Shown one piece after another: positions 57,356 to 64,000 of a stretch of 64,000 nt of DNA. The notes below the pieces were generated by a model that did not search any database, was not told the DNA's origin, and was given only the letters and a program-made list of their open reading frames with translations. The DNA is from Lentisphaerota bacterium (lineage in GTDB: Bacteria; Verrucomicrobiota; Kiritimatiellia; UBA8416; JAIOPI01). A program made the translations under genes and the position numbers. Location of the stretch: assembly GCA_021413965.1 (NCBI GenBank), contig JAIOPI010000003.1, positions 22,515 to 86,514 on the forward strand, read 5' to 3'. Each line of letters starts with the position of its first letter. The stretch's first letter is position 1.

Positions 57356-59173
57356 TCAGGGTTTCGGGTCCGCCATCATGTCCGCTGGCGGGACGAATTG
57401 CTTGCTGGTCATGAGCGGCGGAAAGCCGGCTTCGACTGGGAACCGCTCCGGCATTTTCCGCACCATGCCTTCCGCCATGACGCGGTTGGGCAGGATCACG
57501 TTGTTTTCTTTTGCGTATTCATCCCAAAGCGCGACCAGCTCCTTGACCTTCTCAGGCTGTGTGGCCGCGAGGTCGTGATGTTCCGCCACATCCTGCGCCA
57601 GATTGAACAGCTCCCACGTTTCCGTGCCGTAGGGCTTGTACTGCCAGCGAATCTTCCAGTCGCCCTGACGAACGGCCCGGTTGCCGAACACTTCCCACGC
57701 CGTGTAATCCTTGCTTGAGCGGGGCGTGTCTTCCTTGCCAGCCAGCATGTTGACCCAGGACTTGCCGATCAACGGCGGCGCTTTTGCACCGTTGATCGTC
57801 TCCGGATACCGCGCACCAGCCACCTCCAGCAGCGTCGGCATGATGTCGGCCACATGCGCGTAGCCGGCGGTGTTGATGCTGCCCTTGGCGCGTTTGACGA
57901 TGGGACCGCTCACGATCAGCGCATTGCGGATGCCGCCTTCGGCAAAGTAGCCCTTGTACTGGCTGAACGGCGTCATGGAGACCTGTGCCCACATCGGGCC
58001 ATAGCCGACATACGAATGCGGATCGCCCCAGGAATTGATATGATTTTGCGACCATGCAATCGAGGCGTAGAGATAATTCTTGGTTCCGGGCGTTCCCGCG
58101 ATCATCTCGAACAAGTCGGTGCCTTCCGCGCCATTGTCGCCAAAGGTGATGAAGATCGTGTTTTCGTATTCCCCGATCTTCTTCAGATAATTAACCAGCC
58201 GCCCGATATGGCGGTCCATGTTTTCGACCATCCCGGCATAGAGTTCCATCTTCCGGCCCAGCATGGCGCTGGCCGCCGGGGCCAGCAGGGTCGGATCCGG
58301 AACAAACCACATGCGCTCCGCCAGCGTGGCGTCCTTCGGCATGATGCCCATTTCCTTCTGGCGCTGCAGCCGCTCCGCGCGCACCGCATCCCAGCCCTTG
58401 TCGTATTGCCCGACGTACCCGTTGCGCTCGCCGCGCGGCAGGTGATAGGGATCGTGCGGTGCCTGATGCGCGACATAGGCAAAGAACGGCTTGCCGTCAC
58501 CGCGATTGGCCTCGATGAAGCTGATCATCTTGTCCGTATAGGTTTCCGTGGCGTAATAGTTTTTCGGCAGCTTCGTCAGGTAGCGCCCGTCCTCCGTGTA
58601 GAGGGACACGGGCGTATTGGCCGTGAAGTTCAACATGTCCCAGTAACTTCCCGCACCATCGAGCAGGCTAAAGTCGCGCTCGAAACCGCGCGCGGCGGGA
58701 ATGAGATCCGGCGCCTTGCCCATGTGCCACTTTCCGACCATGTACGTGTGATAGCCGCTGTCCTTCAGCAGTTGCGGCAGCGTCGCCACGCTACGGCTCA
58801 GATTGCCTTCATAGCCCGGCTTGCCCATCTGGTTCGGGGCCGTCCATTCACTCATGTTGCCCAGCCCGTTGCGGTGCGTATCCACGCCGCTCAACAGCAT
58901 CGAGCGGGTGGGTGAACAACTTGCGTGGGTGTAGAACTGCGTGAACCGGACGCCATCGGCCGCCAGCGCATCCAAATTCGGCGTCTTAATCTCGCCGCCG
59001 AACGCACCCATGTCCGAGAACCCAAGGTCATCTCCCAGAAGAATGATGATATTGGGCCGCCGGCCTTTGCTTCCCGCTTCCGGGTTTGCGGCACCGGCCG
59101 CGCCTGGCGAAACCATCGCGGCAACCGCTGCCATAAGCAGGCAGCGCCGGACGAGTGATAGAGTCTTGTTCAT
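57356..59173 (-). CDS. Secreted arylsulfatase (formylglycine-dependent sulfatase family)
   Basis: Signal peptide MNKTLSLVRRCLLMAAVAAMVSPGAAGA (ATG at 59173); sulfatase signature CSPTRSMLLSG followed by GKWHMG; 605 aa. Confidence 0.85.
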   Translation of the reverse strand: MNKTLSLVRRCLLMAAVAAMVSPGAAGAANPEAGSKGRRPNIIILLGDDLGFSDMGAFGGEIKTPNLDALAADGVRFTQFYTHASCSPTRSMLLSGVDTHRNGLGNMSEWTAPNQMGKPGYEGNLSRSVATLPQLLKDSGYHTYMVGKWHMGKAPDLIPAARGFERDFSLLDGAGSYWDMLNFTANTPVSLYTEDGRYLTKLPKNYYATETYTDKMISFIEANRGDGKPFFAYVAHQAPHDPYHLPRGERNGYVGQYDKGWDAVRAERLQRQKEMGIMPKDATLAERMWFVPDPTLLAPAASAMLGRKMELYAGMVENMDRHIGRLVNYLKKIGEYENTIFITFGDNGAEGTDLFEMIAGTPGTKNYLYASIAWSQNHINSWGDPHSYVGYGPMWAQVSMTPFSQYKGYFAEGGIRNALIVSGPIVKRAKGSINTAGYAHVADIMPTLLEVAGARYPETINGAKAPPLIGKSWVNMLAGKEDTPRSSKDYTAWEVFGNRAVRQGDWKIRWQYKPYGTETWELFNLAQDVAEHHDLAATQPEKVKELVALWDEYAKENNVILPNRVMAEGMVRKMPERFPVEAGFPPLMTSKQFVPPADMMADPKP

Positions 59174-59565
59174 GGTTCTTCCCGTTTCGTTTGGCGCTCG
59201 ATAACGAGCGATTTCATGGCGCAAACGGTAGCTGAAGGGGGGGTGGAGCGTCAATGCAGAACGCTGAGGAGGACTATCCCCAGGGACAACGGGGTCAGCC
59301 CTTGAAATAGCATTTAGCCAATCACGTTCTGCCGCCTGTTTATCAGCCCTGGACGTTCGACATTTCACCCTCACCCCGCCAAACGTCGCTCCCGCCGCCT
59401 CCCCGTCACAGTCCTCCTCCGCCCATTCTTCCCCACGGTCAGCTTCCGCCCCGCGCTCTCCGATTCCCACCGTCGATAATTCGCCAGCGCCAGCACACAA
59501 GCGTCAGAGGTCGGTTGGGGCACTCTGTCCTTGTGGAGTGATGGCGAGCAGACACTGACGTGTTC

Positions 59566-59615
59566 CTTGGAGCAGAAGGAACGGCGGAGCGTCCCGTACT
59601 CCGGTCTGCTCCAAG
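59566..59615 (+). repeat. Perfect 11-bp inverted repeat CTTGGAGCAGA ... TCTGCTCCAAG with a 28-nt spacer
   Basis: Seen directly; lies in a 690-bp non-coding, lower-GC spacer upstream of the sulfatase gene. Confidence 0.6.
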
Positions 59616-59865
59616 CCTACAGCGGGAAGAGACGTGCCAGCGGGCGAATCACGAGACCCGCCCGCTCAGTCATTGAAGGCGGTTTCTGCATTACCCATGA
59701 CCGGATGGCATGATCCAGCCGACAAGGCGTGAATCGTCTCGGTTTTCATGGGGGATCTTCCTATTCGTTAATAATGGACCATTGGCTGCTCCCGGTTATA
59801 CAGTGGCCCTTCGTAGACAGTGACGGTCATGGCTCAACAAGTACCTTTGTCGATTTGGGGAACGA

Positions 59866-60135
59866 GTGGTGAAGGGCAAAGACAACCGGACAATTGCAGA
59901 GATCAAGGCGTCAATGCACTGCCCGCACAACTTCAAGTGCTTGGAGGCGTGCCCCAGTGGTCTCTGCAGCGCGCAAGACTACAAGTATCTTGATGACTAT
60001 GTTGACTGTCTTGAAAAGAACCCGTCAGCGTGTGCATTTGCATTGCCATTCGCAAATGGTTACTTGTGCAAATGTCCGATTAAGGTGCATCTGGTCAAAT
60101 CGCTGAAAGAGCGCGACCGCACAAGCAAGTCCTAG
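59866..60135 (+). CDS. Small Cys-rich protein (10 Cys in 89 aa) encoded in a low-GC islet
   Basis: MVKGKDNRTIAEIKASMHCPHNFKCLEACPSGLCSAQDYKYLDDYVDCLEKNPSACAFALPFANGYLCKCPIKVHLVK; GTG start (alternative ATG at 59914); its codon usage and GC are visibly lower than the flanks. Confidence 0.4.
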   Translation: MVKGKDNRTIAEIKASMHCPHNFKCLEACPSGLCSAQDYKYLDDYVDCLEKNPSACAFALPFANGYLCKCPIKVHLVKSLKERDRTSKS

Positions 60136-60414
60136 TCGATTCGTCCGTGGCATGGCTGGCGGTGGCCAACTTGCTCATGCTACCACTGTGGTCTTGGAGC
60201 AGACTGACTGATTGTAGGCTGTGGTGAGCGCTGGGTAAGCGCCGAGACTTCCGCAAATGGTCCTTTGTGGAAACCGATGATTGGCTTCCGGAACGTCCTG
60301 ATGCACGACGACCTGGACGTGATCGCGGGCTGGTTCATGCCGTCCTACCGAACAACCTGGGCTTCATGGCCTCCCTCATGCGCGTATTCGGTCAGTTCCT
60401 CTGACGCGTGGTGG

Positions 60415-62181
60415 TCAGGGTTGTGCCAGGCTGACGCGGTAGGCTTGCCAGCGTGGTGAGAGGGTGGTGTTGGCGGGGAGGCTGGTGAGGATGTCGGCGA
60501 GGCAGCGCTCGAAACCGCGCATGATGTGGGAATCGGCGGGGTAGACCTGGCTGGGGGCGAGGATGGCGCGGGCGTGGCTGTGGCCGATGATGCGCTCGAA
60601 GTCCGGGCGGACGCCGCAGAGGTAGAGCCGGCCGCCTTCGGACTGGTAAGCATCCGCAAAATCCAGCAACGCGCTCCAGCAGGAATAGTCGATGGAATAG
60701 GTGCGCCGCACCCGCAACACGAGATGGCGGGGGCGCTGCGCCGTGGCAATTTCACGCAGCACGCGGCGCAATTCGTGCGCAATGCCGAAGAACAGATCGC
60801 CGCTCACGGCGACAGCCACGACGTCGCTGGGGGCGTGGGCTTCGCCCGGCTCGTAGGCGCATTCTTCGAAGTGCCCGGGTCCGGGTTGGATTTCCGCCAG
60901 GTGCAGTTCGCGGGTGCGCTTCAGGTGGATCAGGGCGGCGGCCAGCATACCGGTGAAGATGCCATACTCGATCTTGATGAGCACGGTGGTCAGGCAGGTC
61001 AGCACCAGCACCCCCGCATCGGCCCAGGACGTCTGGACGACGCGCCAGATGCGTCTGAAATCCACGAGCTTGATCCCGATGTAGATGAGCATGCCGGCCA
61101 GCGCGCTGATGGGGATGCGGTTCAGCAGGCCGGGGGCCAGAAGGAGCGCCAGCGCGGTGAATCCCGCAAAGTAGACGTTGGCGAGGCGCGTGCGGGCGCC
61201 CGTGCATTCGAGGAGCATGGAGCGGCTGAAGGAGCCGGAGCCGGGAATGCCCTGCAGGAAGGCCGCCACGACGTGGGACAGCCCCTGGCCAATGAACTCC
61301 TGATCGAAGTCGATTTCCTCGCGGTGTTTGAGCGCGAGCGACTGGCCGATGGAAACGGCCTCGATGAGGCCGATGATGGCGACGGCCAGCGCGCCGGGCA
61401 GCAGGACGTGAATGACGGCGAGATCCAGGCAGGGCCAGGTGGGGACGGGCAGAGTGGAGGGCAGTGGAACGACGTCGCGCACGAGGGGGACGGCGAGGGT
61501 GGGGCTCAAGAGGCTGGAGGCGATGGCCGCGAGGGCTAGCGCGATCAGCGCCACGGGAATGCGGCGGGAGATGCGATCGGTCGCGAACATGATGGCGGCG
61601 ACGGAGAGTCCGATGGCCAGCGTGGCGGGGTTGATGTCAGTCGCGCGTCCGACGATATCCACCAGGCGCTGCGGGAACCAGGCGATGTGCGAGGGTTCGA
61701 CGCCGAGGAGGTGGTGCAGTTGCCCGAAGGCAATGAGGATGCCGGCCCCGACCGTGAAGCCGAGGAAAGCGGATTCGGGAACGAACTCGACGAGCACGCC
61801 CATGCGCAGGAGGCCGAGGGCGAGGCGGAAGAGGCCGACGAGGAGCGTCATGGTATAGACGATGGTGAGGAGGCGGGGATCGTGGATGAAGGGGGCGACG
61901 GCGGCGGCGGTCAGCAGGGCGGCGGAGTTGGTAGGGCCGGTATTGAGGAAGCGCGAGCTGCCCCAGAGGGCGGCGATGGCGGACATGACCATGGCGGCAA
62001 AGAGGCCATGCGCGGGCGGGACGCCAGCGAGAAGGGCGTAGGCGATGGCCTGGGGGACGGCGAAGATGGCCACGGTGAGACCGGCCTGCAGGTCAGCGCG
62101 CAGGGACGCGGCATTATAGGCGCGCAGTTCGGGGATGAAAGGACGAAGGGCTTGCCAAGCGTGGCGGCCGTGAACGTGCAT
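60415..62181 (-). CDS. SulP-family sulfate/anion permease with C-terminal STAS domain
   Basis: AGLTVAIFAVPQAIAYALLAGVPP..., about 11 TM helices, C-terminal STAS (LVLRVRRTYSIDYSCWSALLDF); start placed at ATG M55 of the track ORF. Confidence 0.85.
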   Translation of the reverse strand: MHVHGRHAWQALRPFIPELRAYNAASLRADLQAGLTVAIFAVPQAIAYALLAGVPPAHGLFAAMVMSAIAALWGSSRFLNTGPTNSAALLTAAAVAPFIHDPRLLTIVYTMTLLVGLFRLALGLLRMGVLVEFVPESAFLGFTVGAGILIAFGQLHHLLGVEPSHIAWFPQRLVDIVGRATDINPATLAIGLSVAAIMFATDRISRRIPVALIALALAAIASSLLSPTLAVPLVRDVVPLPSTLPVPTWPCLDLAVIHVLLPGALAVAIIGLIEAVSIGQSLALKHREEIDFDQEFIGQGLSHVVAAFLQGIPGSGSFSRSMLLECTGARTRLANVYFAGFTALALLLAPGLLNRIPISALAGMLIYIGIKLVDFRRIWRVVQTSWADAGVLVLTCLTTVLIKIEYGIFTGMLAAALIHLKRTRELHLAEIQPGPGHFEECAYEPGEAHAPSDVVAVAVSGDLFFGIAHELRRVLREIATAQRPRHLVLRVRRTYSIDYSCWSALLDFADAYQSEGGRLYLCGVRPDFERIIGHSHARAILAPSQVYPADSHIMRGFERCLADILTSLPANTTLSPRWQAYRVSLAQP

Positions 62182-62451
62182 ACCGGGCAAATTTAGCAGG
62201 GAGCGGCCGGGGCGGGCGAGGGAAACCTGTTCAGTGCCGTCGGGACGGCGTGAGGCGGGGGAGGCCATGTGACACCCGCCACATCGTAGCGTGGCGGCAC
62301 GTGGACCGGCGGGGCGATGCGTCGGCTCGTCACGTGCTTGCAAATGGCGCTAGGTGTCAGCGAGTGGTAGATTCACACCAATGCCCGCGCCCGGAGGTCA
62401 CGGGCCACCTTGGAGGCGGCTAAGGATGCATGCGGATGTGAGGAGGTTGGG

Positions 62452-63540
62452 GTGAGGAATGGGAGCGGGATTCGGGAGGTGGGGGCGCAGCGGCTGGATA
62501 TTCCGCTGTTCGAGCCGTTTGGAATTTCGGGCGGCGCGCAGGCGGTGGCGCGCAATGTGCTGGTGACCGTGGAACTGAAGGACGGGACGCGTGGCTATGG
62601 CGAGGCGGCGCCGTTTCCCGCCTTCAATGGCGAAACCCAGGCGGGCGCCGAGGCGGCCGTGGCGTCGGTTCGGGGGCAACTGGAGGGCGGTGATGTGCGC
62701 GAGTGGCGAGCCTTGGCGGCCCTCTTGCGGACCCATCTGAGCGCGTCGGGCTCTGCGCGCTGTGCCATCGAGACGGCCGTGCTGGATGCGCTGACCCGCC
62801 AGGCCGGGATGCCGATGTATGTTTTTTTCGGCGGCGTCTCGCAGGCTTTGGAAACCGACATGACGGTCGCCACGGGCGACGCGGAGGCGGCAGCGAGCGC
62901 GGCACGGAATATCCTGCAGCGCGGCATCTCCACGATCAAGGTGAAGATTGGCGCCGGGGACCGGGCGCTCGATTTGGAACGCCTCATGGCCATTCGCGCC
63001 GCGGCGCCGGATGCGCCATTGATACTCGACGGCAACGGGGGCATGCAGGCCGAGGAGGCGCTGGAGTTGACGGCCGCCCTGCGGATGAACGGCATCGTGC
63101 CGATGCTGCTGGAGCAGCCCGTGCCCGGCGACGACTGGCAAGGCATGCGCAAGCTGGCCACGCTCAGCGGCATCCCGGTGGCGGCAGACGAAACGGCCTC
63201 GAGCGCGGTCAACGTGATGCGGCTGGCGGCGGAGGGCGCGGCTCAGGTGGTCAATATCAAGCTGATGAAGGCGGGCGTCGTGGAGGCGCTGGATATTGTC
63301 GCGGTGTGCCGGGCGGCGGGCCTGCGCCTGATGATCGGCAGCCTGGTGGAGTCCGTACTGGGGACCACCATGTCCGCGCATTTTGCGGCGGGGCAGGGCG
63401 GGTTCGAGGTCGTGGACCTGGATATGCCGATGTTCCTGGCGGAGAATCCGTTTGTGGGTGGCTTCGTGCAGCACGGTGCGCGCTTGAACTTGGCGCATAT
63501 TGAGTCTGGGCATGGCGTGAGGCCGATGGGTGATGGGTGA
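62452..63540 (+). CDS. Enolase-superfamily enzyme, L-Ala-D/L-Glu epimerase (dipeptide epimerase)-like
   Basis: MR/MLE family: KVKIG (catalytic Lys, KxK), metal ligands LDGNGG...EQP...D, second Lys in VNIKLMKAGVVEA; GTG start at 62452 preceded by GAGGAGG. Confidence 0.7.
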   Translation: MRNGSGIREVGAQRLDIPLFEPFGISGGAQAVARNVLVTVELKDGTRGYGEAAPFPAFNGETQAGAEAAVASVRGQLEGGDVREWRALAALLRTHLSASGSARCAIETAVLDALTRQAGMPMYVFFGGVSQALETDMTVATGDAEAAASAARNILQRGISTIKVKIGAGDRALDLERLMAIRAAAPDAPLILDGNGGMQAEEALELTAALRMNGIVPMLLEQPVPGDDWQGMRKLATLSGIPVAADETASSAVNVMRLAAEGAAQVVNIKLMKAGVVEALDIVAVCRAAGLRLMIGSLVESVLGTTMSAHFAAGQGGFEVVDLDMPMFLAENPFVGGFVQHGARLNLAHIESGHGVRPMGDG

Positions 63541-63597
63541 TGGGGAGCCTTTGGAGGGCACGGCGCGGAACCCTCCGGGGGAAGGGATCGGGAGCAC

Positions 63598-64000
63598 ATG
63601 GATATTCTGGCGCATGCGGTTTACGGGGCGACGGTTTGCAGCCGGACGGGGCTGGGCGGGGGGCGGCAGGGCGGCGGTCAGCCCTGGTGGCGCGACCGGA
63701 CGATCTGGCTGGCGCTGGGGTTTGGCGTGCTGCCGGATGCGGTGTCGATGGGGCCGTCGTTCGTGGCGTACTGTATGGCGGGGATGCCGGACAACTTCTT
63801 TCACCAGTTTGGCGGGAATGGCATCACGCTTTACCGGTGCATGCACAGCCTGGTGATTGGGCTGGCGGCGGTGGCGATTCTGCGTGTGGCGCGAAAGGGG
63901 CTGGCCTTACCAGCGCTGGCCTGGCCGCTGCATGTGGCGATGGATGCCGTGACGCACGCGGATGGAAAATTCGGGACCACCGTGCTTTATCCGTTCTCGA
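63598..64000 (+). CDS. YdjM-like (DUF457) membrane-bound metal-dependent hydrolase, 5' part (runs off the window end)
   Basis: MDILAHAVYGATV...HSLVIGLAAVAIL...HVAMDAVTHADG; open to the last base; not in the ORF track because no stop is reached. Confidence 0.5.
   Translation, partial: MDILAHAVYGATVCSRTGLGGGRQGGGQPWWRDRTIWLALGFGVLPDAVSMGPSFVAYCMAGMPDNFFHQFGGNGITLYRCMHSLVIGLAAVAILRVARKGLALPALAWPLHVAMDAVTHADGKFGTTVLYPFS

Noticed and set aside
59531-59713. 60-aa ORF in the sulfatase upstream spacer
   Set aside because: No RBS, no motif, composition atypical; the region is better explained as non-coding with the inverted repeat.

Overview
Bacterial chromosome, high-GC (~65-70%), densely coding on both strands; gene content is consistent with a PVC-group organism but the taxon cannot be determined from sequence alone. 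Housekeeping loci recognised from the translated ORFs: a SurA-like PPIase followed by rsmA (echoing E. coli surA-pdxA-ksgA), mutS, pgsA, tsf-rpsB, pgi, gpmI, a cell-wall amidase, a phosphoribosyltransferase, ileS, rpoD, proS, deoB, nrfHA, a CUT2-type sugar ABC transporter, tRNA-Arg(CCT), and a sulfatase/SulP/outer-membrane-channel cluster. Note that the ORF track renders GTG/TTG initiators as 'M', and the huge Arg/Pro-rich reverse-strand ORFs are GC artefacts. No CRISPR array, IS element or prophage was found. The best candidates for something new are, in order: (1) an overlapping operon pgsA - sensorless histidine kinase - FemAB/DUF2156-like acyltransferase, possibly a regulated phosphatidylglycerol-modification module; (2) an M50 site-2 protease - CheY - small-ORF operon; (3) two secreted proteins with poly-Thr/Ser tails; (4) an RRM protein with an apparent membrane anchor; (5) a low-GC islet with a Cys-rich miniprotein and an 11-bp inverted repeat; (6) a tRNA-Arg-flanked accessory block with a repeat-containing 360-bp leader; (7) a malate-synthase/CitE-like gene glued to nrfHA. 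All functional calls come from motif recognition in the supplied translations without database searches.
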